DNA of 63,624 bases, filler included, from Octopus bimaculoides (Eukaryota): the NCBI RefSeq assembly GCF_001194135.2. It is 7 parts of 6 records of this genome, joined end to end, with 100 filler letters (N's around TTAATTAATTAA, not from the genome) between each part and the next. Parts side by side here need not be neighbours in the genome. Positions count along the whole stretch, not along the records: positions 17,260 to 32,741 come from NC_068987.1; positions 32,842 to 40,798 come from NC_068981.1; 5 more parts are not named here. The stretch is one strand, 5' to 3'. The position numbers and the translations under genes were made by a program. The first letter of the stretch is position 1, and each line of letters opens with the position of its first letter. Shown one piece after another: positions 25,803 to 37,949 of this stretch. The notes under the pieces are model-generated. The model saw only the letters and a list, made by a program, of their open reading frames with translations. It was not told the origin of the DNA and searched no databases.

Positions 25803-26064
25803 CGATCATTTCGACCCATCGTCCATTGGTCCCCCGTGGGTGAGATTCTGTACTACTAGTTGTGATGTATTATTCGATGCTGATGTGCCACATCAGGTGA
25901 CTTTCCAGAAGGTACTTCGTTCTTTAATCTCCGTTTCGCTTGCCTATAGCTGGTAGCGTACAAGAGAGATCATGATTTAGAATAATTTAAAATCAAGGAC
26001 AGATTAAACAGATACTGTGCTTCTTAACTGTGAGGGACCGATGCACGATGGGTCGAAACAATCG
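25803..26064. mobile_element. Small MITE-like element with ~30-bp terminal inverted repeats
   Basis: TTTCGACCCATCGTCCATTGGTCCC (from 25809) versus GGGACCGATGCACGATGGGTCGAAA (ending 26058), 2 mismatches. Confidence 0.5.
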
Positions 26065-26588
26065 TTGAAAATACAGTTGCATCACTCGGTGGGAATGAGT
26101 TGCTCTCATCCGGTCTGCCTAAAGAGTCAAATTTACTTCCTAAAGCTCTTTTTCTCTTTCATTTGTTATATACTAGACGGACACGAAGTAAATTCAGTTG
26201 TACATATATCCATACTGTTGATGACGTCAAGTAACCGAAATTAAAAAAAAAAAGTTATTAACTATTTAGTTCGTTTTTTTTCTTTTATTTAACAAAACGT
26301 CACTAACCTTTGTGAAAAAAGTTTGCATGTAATATGTATTTTGTGCCTGGAGCGTTTACATACAACATAAAATGTAGACACAAAATACACACTATACGCA
26401 AATTCCTTCAAAGAAAATCTGGTGTAGCACAGTCAACGGTGGTGCCCCAGCATGACCGTAGCTTTGAAGCTGAAATAATTTAAAGAATTTAAAAAAAATT
26501 CTGTTAATTAATAAAAGCTTTTCAAATAGTTAATAATTTTGAAAAAAGTACTTGTTTTAACGATACATACATACATACATACACACAC

Positions 26589-26662
<74 letters not shown>

Positions 26663-26689
26663 CATACCACTTGACAATCGGTGTTAAAA

Positions 26690-26825
26690 TGTTTATGTCC
26701 ACGTAATTTAGTGAGTCGGTAAGAGGAAGGATAGAATAAGGCTTAAAAAAAAAAAAAAGTACTGGTTCGATAGCAGCGCCCCCGGGATAGTCGCAGTCTA
26801 ATGACTGAAACAAGTAAAAGATGTG
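26690..26825 (+). mobile_element. SINE-like repeat, family B, partial
   Basis: Ends GTCGCAGTCTAATGACTGAAACAAGTAAAAG, the reverse complement of the copies at 42410 and 46706. Confidence 0.55.
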
Positions 26826-27256
26826 ACAGTAAAAAGTGCTGGTCATACTTTTCTTTGGATGCAAGAATGGAAATGAAGAAGATGAAAAGATGGAAGAGTT
26901 ATATCGAAGGATAAGCTGTAGGAGGACGTAATATATATGATGAGTGTTGGTTGCAAGTCCTAAGTCATTTGAACTGGCGTATGCACAAGCATCATTTCTT
27001 TCCCAAATAAACTGAATATTATATTCGAGGCTCTAATGAAGCTATAAAGTGTTATTCAGGCATACAACTATGAGTCAACTACATCTCACAGCAGAAACAG
27101 CTGTAAGCTAATGAAGTTCATAAGATAATCATTCATTCCTTTATACTCAGCCAACGCTTCTCTCTGAAACATACGTATATTGAGTTCTACATGGGTTGAT
27201 TAGTCTCGCAATGCCTAAACGAAATATGTCTGTGTATGTGTGTGCATCTCTCTCTA

Positions 27257-27330
<74 letters not shown>

Positions 27331-28064
27331 CCCCTCCTCTTTCTCTCTCTGTATATGTGTGTGTGTGTGTGTGTGAGTGTATGTATGTATGTATGTATGT
27401 ATGTATGTATATGTATCAATGTAGTAAGATCCAGCTGTTAGTGGTAAAATAGTGGGTTAGCTTCTAGCATATACACTGTTTATATAGAAAACTCAAAGGA
27501 AACGATAATCGATTGATAAAATAATAGAAATCAATATATCAAACATATTTTGTTACATATCAAAATTGAAAGGTTATCCTGAAAAAATGATAGATGTTAT
27601 ACAACTATACAGCTTCAGTTCAAAAGCAACTTACGTTCGCGATATTAGAGAAAGGTAATATTGCGTGTGTATGAGTGTGTGTATGTATGTATATGTTGTG
27701 TCGACGTGACCAAGCGAAGAAGTAGGATCGCCCAAGACATATAAATAAAGGTAGTCTGGCCGTGGTAGGTGAATTCAGTAGCTGTTGAGTAGCAGTCGAG
27801 TAGAGATCATCCGAAGGTGCTAGATAGCAGTAGCTTGAGACATAACAGTATATATGTATGTATGTCATTATTCAGTATATTTCAAGATTTCTTGCCAAGA
27901 GAGAAAGAACCGGTTTCTAACCTAATTCTTTCATTGGAATTTCAACATCAACAACAAGGTATTTTGCTTGTATGTATGTATGTATGTATGTATGTGCAGA
28001 TTTATTTGTTTTATGTATGTATTATCATGCATATAGTTGCATATCTAGACATGCTCATATATAT

Positions 28065-28770
28065 TTAAATGATAAACTTCTGGAAAGTTTTACAGATTTT
28101 TACAGTTCTAGTGATGGATTGGATCTGTAATCTTCGAATTAGCTTTCTCCATTCTGGTTTTGAGAAGCCTAATTTTCCAAGATTGGTATTTACGCAGTGT
28201 GTTACATATCTCAGGCCCCCAATAATTACAGATATAAATCTAAACTTGTAATCTGGATAGAATAACTGCAAATTTCTTCAGCATAGGTATTTTTTTTCAC
28301 TTATCTTCAGCTTTATGTTAACAACCGCTGGGCAGCTAATTTCCACAACTGTGCACAGTTTCTCTTCTCTATCCCAAATCATTATATCAGGTCTGTTGTG
28401 CTTACATTTTATTGAGGTTTTCACTGATACATTCCACCAATATTCCTTTTTTATTATGAGTGGCTATGGCTTCTATCATATTGTGGGTTCCTCGGGATTA
28501 TCCTTCCGACGGATTTCATAATAGTGTCCTAGCTACAACATCATGTCTCATCGGTAGATAATACCATGATGACATGTTCAGACAACTGCTTATGATGTGG
28601 GTGATATTTTCAATGTGAACTCCACAAAGTCTGCATCGGTTGTCACATTTTACGGCTTTTCTGCATCTCTATCCCTTTTGTACATCATGTACATGGTTGA
28701 TATTTCCTGTTCCTGGACTGCAAAAGCATACCCTTCAAACACGTAATATTACGTTTCTCTAATATCGCGA
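28065..28770 (-). mobile_element. 3' end of a restriction-like-endonuclease (RLE; R4/NeSL-type) non-LTR retrotransposon
   Basis: EYWWNVSVKTSIKCKHNRPDIMIWDREEKLCTVVEISCP (PD..E nuclease motif), then LFYPDYKFRFISVIIGGLRYV...RLQIQSITRTVKICKTF. Confidence 0.8.
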
Positions 28771-28881
28771 TTCGGCAAAAGTAGTCGATAGAATCTGTAG
28801 AGAGAAAATACCCTAGGGTCGATATGTACAACTATATCTCCATAGTCGCAATCCAATGGCTGAAACAATTAGAATAATAGA

Positions 28882-29085
28882 ATACATACATACATACATA
28901 CATACATACATACATACATACATACATACGTACGTACGTACATACATACATACATACATACATACATACATACATAAATACATACACACACATATCGTAT
29001 ACACCCATGCATACATACATATAAATATACACATATATGTATGTATGTACGTATATGTATATATGTATACACACGCACGCACGCG

Positions 29086-29133
<48 letters not shown>

Positions 29134-29138
29134 TATAT
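28882..29138. repeat. (CATA)n/(CA)n compound microsatellite
   Basis: Read directly. Confidence 0.9.
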
Positions 29139-29813
29139 AATAATATTAGGGACAAAATCCAAAATTACAGGTAAAAACTCAATTCAAATCAATTTATAAA
29201 AAATTAAAATTAAATTGAGCTTTATAGATTATAATATATAAAAGTATATAGTTTTAGATAAAGATAGTATCTTATGATATTTACTTTGTTTTATATTATA
29301 CTCATTTATTGTGCTTTTNNNNNNNNNNNNNNNNNNNNNNNNNNNNNNNNNNNNNNNNNNNNNNNNNNNNNNNNNNNNNNNNNNNNNNNNNNNNNNNNNN
29401 NNNNNNNNNNNNNNNNNNNNNNNNNNNNNNNNNNNNNNNNNNNNNNNNNNNNNNNNNNNNNNNNNNNNNNNNNNNNNNNNNNNNNNNNNNNNNNNNNNNN
29501 NNNNNNNNNNNNNNNNNNNNNNNNNNNNNNNNNNNNNNNNNNNNNNNNNNNNNNNNNNNNNNNNNNNNNNNNNNNNNNNNNNNNNNNNNNNNNNNNNNNN
29601 NNNNNNNNNNNNNNNNNNNNNNNNNNNNNNNNNNNNNNNNNNNNNNNNNNNNNNNNNNNNNNNNNNNNNNNNNNNNNNNNNNNNNNNNNNNNNNNNNNNN
29701 NNNNNNNNNNNNNNNNNNNNNNNNNNNNNNNNNNNNNNNNNNNNNNNNNNNNNNNNNNNNNNNNNNNNNNNNNNNNNNNNNNNNNNNNNNNNNNNNNNNN
29801 NNNNNNNNNNNNN

Positions 29814-29860
29814 TTAGGGTTAGGGTTAGGGTTACGGTTAACAGTCTAGTTAGGGTTAGG
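29814..29860 (+). repeat. Short interstitial (TTAGGG)n-like tract
   Basis: TTAGGGTTAGGGTTAGGGTTACGG...TTAGGGTTAGGG at the edge of a gap. Confidence 0.75.
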
Positions 29861-29879
29861 GGATTAATACGATATACAC

Positions 29880-30110
29880 GGTTACAGCGCTAACTGTTCT
29901 CAACTGAATAGACGTCAGTGATTAGTAGAAATGATCGAAATAAGACAATTTTTTACATGAAATAAATTCGAATACAAAAATTTTTTTCTGTTCTCTAACA
30001 CAAAATAGATAAGTATACGAAGTTTGAAAGTCTTTCGGTACCAAAAACACTACATAAAACATAAATGAAAACTGGTGCCCCTGTTTTAAAATAGATCCTA
30101 TCATTTTAAT
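29880..30110. mobile_element. Non-autonomous repeat related to 34600-34805
   Basis: Both copies share CTGAAT(A/G)GACGTCAGT, ACATGAAATAAATT and a terminal ACTGGTGCCCC.GTTTT.AA.TAGATCC. Superfamily not assigned. Confidence 0.45.
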
Positions 30111-30184
30111 CCTTTTCTATTTTAGTTTTAGTCCGAGAATTGCAGCCATGCTGGAGCATCGCCGTTTGCTTTGCTAGACTTTCG

Positions 30185-30735
30185 CTAAACCTCCTCTGAT
30201 ATGTGACATTTGGTGGATGTGGGAGTTTGACGTTGCTGCCCTCATCTGTGTTTTTTGCCTTGAGGTAGGTTCATCCGAAACTCTTGACAGAAGGAGATCC
30301 AGTTTTGTTTTGAAAACGTCTACATCCACGCTATGCAGGTCTTTCTGGCTTTATGGGAGGATATTGAAAAACTGTGGGTTATTGAAGCCCAAGCTGTTGC
30401 AGTATCTGATCTTGTATCCTGATGGCAATGTTGGGATTTTTGGTACTATGCAGTTTGTGCAACTGACAAAGCCAAAGTTTGGCACAAGTTTTTCTAGGAA
30501 TATCCAGATATATTACTGTATACCTTTCCCGCCTTCGTTCTTTGAGTAGTCTTAACTCTTTCAGTGTATCCCAGTAGCTGATAAGTCGTACTGTGTCGAT
30601 CTTCTTTGAGTACTTTCGCTGGATCGCCTCGTGTCCCGTCGTTAATTTTACACTGCTTGGTTGAACAAAGTTGGGAGCAATGATCCAGACGGCTGAAGAC
30701 GAAAATCCTCCAGAGGACCATCATGGTTTCCTTTT
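30185..30735 (-). mobile_element. CR1/L2-like LINE 3' fragment
   Basis: MMVLWRIFVFSRLDHCSQL; shares its 3' region (CACCAAATG.CACATATCAGAGGAGG) with 49480-50580. Confidence 0.65.
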
Positions 30736-30782
30736 CTCTCTACAAATATATGAGTATATGTAGATACATCTCTTTCTCTCTC

Positions 30783-30845
<63 letters not shown>

Positions 30846-31613
30846 CTCGAAATTTAAGTGTATATTAGTGACTGGTAATTTAATATTATAACTTATAGTG
30901 GTGATATATTTATGAGTATGTAGTGTTTTATTATTAACTTTCGAATGATGAAATAATGTATTTCACTCACAAAAATATTAGTTAAATTAATTTCAATCGT
31001 GTTTTGTTTAGGAAAAAATTTTATAAGGTATGAACTTGCATTATAGTTGTATCTATGGAAAACCGGTGGGATTATTATTTACATGGACTTGATCGCAATT
31101 TAGCATATAATTTAGTTATTGCAATTTACTATTAATACCAATACAATGTAAATTGGTTTAAATGTCTCTTGTAGTTTTAGCCAGGTTAGTGTTTAATCCT
31201 GCCTATATATTGATTGATTGAAATAATGTGATTTTTAAGCTTTACGTTTATATTACACTACGGAAGACGGTAGGAATTATAATTTTTTTATGTCTTAATA
31301 GAGTTGTCGCTGTTTGGTTACGTATTTAGGAGGGGTTGTAATTTACTTATGGAATTTATTTATCGATACGGTTGTACACTGGGTAAATGTGTTTGAAAGT
31401 TGTGGTTCCTTTGGTTTGTTTGTTCCCAAACAACACTTATTTTAGTGCTGTTGACACTGCCGGATTGAATGGTACTGCCCAGGTGTCGAAACCATAATGA
31501 TATTTGTGGGGCAGCTGATGATGGATGATGGAGGTATGTTGAACTGTTGGTATGGCTGTGGAATAGTATTATAACACATCCTTTTGACATATGTATGTAT
31601 GAATATATATATA

Positions 31614-32089
31614 CAGACTGTCTTCATTTAACGACCTACCTATTTAACGACCTACCTATTTAACGACCACTCGGAGTTACGACGAACTTTATGAGCCGTC
31701 ATTACATATTTTACAAAATATAAAAACTTAAGAACTTTGACTGTCGTATTGTGCGCTCACCTAGCCTCACCCTCCGACACTCTCCCACTTGTGGTCAGCC
31801 AAGCAACACAGTGACGCTCTCTGTACCTATATTACTATTTTGTCTCTTTTTTCCATCATCTTTTGTGATAATTTTACTGTTACTTATTCATTTTTCAACA
31901 ATTTATGTTAGTGATTCTTGGCCCTGTACTGCATATACTTTATACAGTACGGTATTCTGTTTTTATATGTACGTACAGTACACTATACCCATAAAAAAAT
32001 ACGTACCCTATGAATATTCGTTTAACTACGAATTTACTTAACGATAGGGCTATTGGAACGTAACTCGGTCGTTAAATGAGGACAGTCTG
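31614..32089. mobile_element. Tigger/pogo-like MITE, 476 bp
   Basis: 23-bp TIRs CAGACTGTC(T/C)TCATTTAACGACC at 31614-31636 and 32067-32089 with 1 mismatch; TA on both flanks. Confidence 0.85.
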
Positions 32090-32090
32090 T

Positions 32091-32730
32091 ATATAGTTAT
32101 GTGCATGTGTGCGTGTATGCATACATAATTCATTTGAAAGCATGAATTGTTTCACTTTCTGAGAAAGTAGAAAACTTATTTCAGTTTCAGTTTCTTGAGA
32201 ATAAAAATATTATTTCTAAATTCAACTAAACAAACATAGAAACAAAATGTATTCATACACTTCAAATATCTCAGTTACCAAAGAAAACAAAACTCACACT
32301 ATTTTGGTAATAGTTCGCTATAGAAAATATCAAAAAAAAGGTCGAGTTTATAAATATGGCAATTTAAAGTATCGTAAAGCATGAAAGTATTAGTACCGTG
32401 TTTGTAGTGATGTATTAGATCGATATATATATATATGTATATATATATATCAGTATATATATAGTTATGTGCATGGGTGCGTGTATGTATATATAATTCG
32501 TTTGAAAGCAAGAGTTATTTCACTTTCTGAGAAAGTAGAAAACTGTTATTTCAGTTTCAGTTTCTTGAGAATAAAAATATTATTTATAAATTCAACTAAA
32601 CAAACATAGAAACAAAATGTAATCATACACTTCAGATATCTCAGTTACCGAAGAAAACAAAACTTACCTTATTTTTGATAACAGAAAATATCAAAAAAGA
32701 AGGTCGAGTGGAGACACATGGTGTAGTTTA
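32091..32730 (+). repeat. Diverged tandem duplication, period ~368 bp
   Basis: Block starting ATATAGTTATGTGCATG at 32091 and 32459; long shared TTTCACTTTCTGAGAAAGTAGAAAAC...CTCAGTTACC segment. Confidence 0.85.
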
Positions 32731-33074
32731 TAAATATAGAANNNNNNNNNNNNNNNNNNNNNNNNNNNNNNNNNNNNNNNNNNNNTTAATTAATTAANNN
32801 NNNNNNNNNNNNNNNNNNNNNNNNNNNNNNNNNNNNNNNNNTATATATGTATATATGTATATATGGAATCCATTCATTCGTAAAGACACAAAAGTGTACT
32901 TGTATACACACAGGCATAAACATCCCCATCTAACAGTATACATATGCGCTTACTTCGCCAACTAAATATAATTAATTGAAATGAAAATAAGAATGACAAG
33001 AACCAAATAGTACTCCTGAATGCTAAATCACTGGCTGTAAGCAATGCCAGAATGTACAATATATTGAAAATCAC

Positions 33075-33782
<708 letters not shown>

Positions 33783-34115
33783 AAAACATCAAGCCACCTC
33801 AACTCTGTCTCTCCCTTAAACAACAATAATATCAACAACCACAAAAACAACAGCAACAAGATGTAATGAAATCTTTAAAAGTAACAACCGGAAAAGTCAA
33901 TGATGAAGTATTTTTAACAACTCTCGGAGGACAAAGAAATCTCGGGAAGTACTTCATGAAGGTGGAGAGTGAACGATGTAGTACTTTAACAGTGTGATGT
34001 TAGTGGAGGTGGTAGTTTAAAGAATTAGGGACGGAGATGGGGGAATAGCGTGGGTGAGTATGAAGAGAATGAGATTGGGTCTGAAAGAGTGGGGAGAAAG
34101 AGAGAAAGAATGAGT

Positions 34116-34173
<58 letters not shown>

Positions 34174-34599
34174 NNNNNNNNNNNNNNNNNNNNNNNNNNN
34201 NNNNNNNNNNNNNNNNNNNNNNNNNNNNNNNNNNNNNNNNNNNNNNNNNNNNNNNNNNNNNNNNNNNNNNNNNNNNNNNNNNNNNNNNNNNNNNNNNNNN
34301 NNNNNNNNNNNNNNNNNNNNNNNNNNNNNNNNNNNNNNNNNNNNNNNNNNNNNNNNNNNNNNNNNNNNNNNNNNNNNNNNNNNNNNNNNNNNNNNNNNNN
34401 NNNNNNNNNNNNNNNNNNNNNNNNNNNNNNNNNNNNNNNNNNNNNNNNNNNNNNNNNNNNNNNNNNNNNNNNNNTTGTGCCTATAATAGAAAGGTTTATT
34501 AGCTACTGCCAATATGCTTCAGCCATTTTTTGACAAGAAAATAATAATTTTATCACCGCCAGAATCGTTTGAGAATCGTTTGTTTACGTAGTCAGCACT

Positions 34600-34805
34600 T
34601 AATGTATTCGACTGAATGGACGTCAGTCATTGGTTGAAATTACAGAAATACGACAACTTTAACATGAAATAAATTGCAATATAATAATTTTTCTTAAGAA
34701 GACTAAGAGAAAAAGATGTTTTATACGACACATTCTACCAGTGTCCCAAGTTTCAAAGTGTTTCGTTAAGAAAATACTGGTGCCCCCGTTTTGAACTAGA
34801 TCCAA
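34600..34805. mobile_element. Non-autonomous repeat related to 29880-30110
   Basis: Shared motifs with 29880-30110, including the terminal TAGATCC. Confidence 0.45.
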
Positions 34806-34859
34806 ATAATGTGTGTGCCAGTCGTGGTAGTGGTAGTGAAGAAGAGAAATTTTCTCTAT

Positions 34860-35390
34860 CTTGCACTCACTGGAAAATCAGAAAAGAAAAAGAGGAACAA
34901 AATTGGGAAGGAAAGAAAGAATTAAAATGCATGAAACAAGTGAGAAGGAAAGAAAAAGAAAGACATAAGGGGAAACAATGAATGAATGAAGAAAAGAAAG
35001 AAAGGCAGCATTCAAGAAGAAGGAAACGAAGAGAAATGAATCTAAAAATGAGATATAGAGAGAAAATAACAATGAAAGAAAGAATGAAATGAAAGAAACT
35101 GAATAGATAAGAGAATGAAAAAGAAAAAGAAAATTAAAGAAGAAAATGATGAAAGAAAGAAAATAATTACAAATATAAAGGAGAAGAACGAAAAATACAT
35201 GAAAAGAAAGTAAAAGTTAAAATAGTTAAAAAGTGAAACAAAAAATTCTATTGAATGAGAATAAGACAAAGAAAGACAATATTAAACAGACAAAAAAGAA
35301 AAATTGAAAAAGAACGGCCGACGAAAGGAAAAAGGTAAAGAAAAAAAGGAAGAAAGAGGGAAAAGAAAGACTACATAAAAAGAGACTTTA
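34860..35390 (+). repeat. Purine-rich (GAAA-like) low-complexity tract
   Basis: Almost entirely A/G on the plus strand. Confidence 0.85.
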
Positions 35391-35412
35391 TTGAGGTTAA
35401 TCAGAATAAGGT

Positions 35413-35789
35413 GGAGGCGCAATGACTCACTGGTTAGGGCAGCGGACTCGCGGTCATAGGATCGCGGTTTCGATTCTCAGATCGGGCGTTGTGAGTGTTT
35501 ATCGAGTGAAAGCACCTAAAGCTCCACGAGGCTCTGGCAGGGGATGGTGGCGAACCCTACTGTACTCTTTCACCACAACTTTCTCTCAGTCTTACTTCCT
35601 GTTTCTGCTGTGCCTGTAATTCAAAGGGTCAGCCTTGTCACACTGTGTCACGCTGAATATCCCCCGAGAACTACGTTAAGGGTACACGTGTCTGTGGAGT
35701 GCTCAGCCACTTGCACGTTAATTTCACGAGCAGGCTGTTCCGTTGATTGGATCGACTGGAACCCTCGACGTCGTAAGCGACGGAGTGCC

Positions 35790-35822
<33 letters not shown>
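35413..35822 (+). mobile_element. tRNA-derived SINE with (AAC)n tail
   Basis: A-box-like TGACTCACTGG (35423-35433), B-box-like GGTTTCGATTCT (35466-35477), about 300 bp body and an (AAC)n tail. Confidence 0.85.
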
Positions 35823-36021
35823 CAGAATAAATAATTTCCAAAGCCCACAATATGCTAATTAGAATCTGTTTGGTATATAAAATTCGAAATACGAGAAGTC
35901 TTTGGAGTTTTTCATTTTTTGACACACACATATACAATATATATGTATATGTGATATATTAAAGAAATTCTCTTCTGAAATTAATGAATTCTCTTCACAA
36001 CGATTCTTATTTACTTTCACT

Positions 36022-36392
36022 TTTTATTACCTTCGCTTTCGCTAAGTCGGAGGTATTGTTTTCAGTCTTGTTTGTTTGTCCGTGGACAAGATATCTCAAA
36101 AACTGCTGGATGGATTCGAATGTAACATTCAGGGATGTTTGGCTTCGTGACTGGTACGAACTGATTAGATGTGGAGATCGATCCGGTACTAGACAAGGGT
36201 TCTGGATTATTTTTCCTGTTTTTTACTTAATTTTCGAGAGTCGTTAAGTTCACTTTTAGTATTCTCGTTTGTCAGAGCTGTCGAGTTTATTTAAGATATT
36301 CTTATTTTAAAAATCATCTCTGGCTAATCGTTGAGAGGGTGTTGGTGTTGCCTTGGCGGACGTTTGCGCTCTCTGAGTGCTCTTGTTCTATT
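36022..36392 (+). mobile_element. Non-autonomous Helentron-type element (HINE/DINE-1-like)
   Basis: 5' TTTTATTACCTTCGC...AAGTCGGAGGTATTGTTTT and 3' CCTTGGCGGACGTTTGCGCTCTCTGAGTGCTCTTGTTCTA: subterminal inverted motif, terminal hairpin and T-rich flanks. Confidence 0.65.
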
Positions 36393-37863
36393 TGGTTTAA
36401 GGCAGAAAGCTGATAAAATTGTTAGAATGTCAGAAAAATTGCTTTGTGGCACTTCTTTAGATTCATCACTTTCTTAGTTAAAACTACACCGAAACTGACA
36501 TTGTCTTTCATCCTTTCGGGAGCGACAAAATAAGTAACAGTTAAATTTTGGGGGCGATGTAATCTCCTAGCCCTCTCTCTTCAGAAATTCCTGGTTTGTG
36601 CTAAAATTTGAAATAATTATATATAGGATTACAAGTTGCAGTATTTCCTTCTATTTTTAAGATAATAGGGGTGATTTTTTTTATAACTAATTCGCATCTA
36701 TTTCTAACAGGTGGACCGATCACTTACAGGTTCTTTCCTTGACTTGATGAGATGGAAATTCCATTATCAGAAAAAGTACCGAATTTCTATCGAAAGAAAA
36801 TGTGTATACAAGGCAGTATACACATGATATGTCAAAGCAACCACAACCAATAACATGCAATCAAACAAACTATCGTGGTCATTATACATACTAAAGTAAC
36901 AGTTACATTTCCCTCAAACTATGCTCTTTCGTCTTAAAAGCGGACACAATAATTCTAATCAGCGGTACGCCATTTCTGTGAATGCAAATGGAATGGCTAA
37001 TTTATAATGCATCTTATCATAAGTCTACTTGATTAGGGATGACCTTTAGCTAAGCAGCACAAGTGACGACAGATAACAACAGCAACTGCTACATCGACAA
37101 ATTGTAGTATAAACGGATAGCTTTTTTGTTTTTCTTTTCTGAATGTTTTCAACGTATAAACATCTTGTACTCCACGGATAGCGAATTTATCCAGTATGAA
37201 ATTTGACTGTTCTCTTCTTTTTTTTATTATTTTTTTTTAGATCCACACACACATGAAAACCTAACAGAGAGCGCTACATACATTCAGCCCTTCACTGAAA
37301 ACAAAAAGCATAATGTTATTACGGAATGTCTCCGAATTATATCAAAACAAAATTGAAGAGAAATACATTGGATGTAAAAAATAAAGGCAAAAGAAGCTAA
37401 GAGTTATTTTATTAAAGTTACGAGGATATCCTCAAGCAAAACATTCAATCCTTTTTGAAATTGAATATCGTCCATTTACTAGATTGTAGTTCTTAAAATT
37501 AGACAAATAAGCATGTTTGCGTACTTTATAGAAATAGCAGTCAAATTTATCTCAAACTGCAGTATACTGTCTTAAATAAATGACGTATTGAGTTATATGT
37601 TACAAGATACAATGGGAAAAGAAGCGGCAGTCACGTTTGAAATGGTTTCCTCGTATGTTTGTTCGATTAATGTTGACATAGGGATAAATAACAATAACAT
37701 GGAATGAGAAATGTTGAAATAGGAATTGATAAAAAATATCAATCACTTTTGAAAATGGTATTAATAATATACTGGGAAAACGCTTTTCGGCGTCTATTAA
37801 CACTGGCCATATGTACTGCGTTGTTTATATGAAAAATTACTTATCTTGTGTATGTGCGTGTGT

Positions 37864-37897
<34 letters not shown>

Positions 37898-37949
37898 GTG
37901 TGTGTGTGTGTGTGTGTGCGTGCGTGTGTGCGTGCGTGTGTGTAAATAG

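Noticed and set aside
29814-29860. True chromosome end
   Set aside because: It is a short degenerate tract with sequence on both sides.
35413-35490. tRNA gene
   Set aside because: A/B boxes are present but I found no convincing cloverleaf; it continues into a SINE body and (AAC)n tail.
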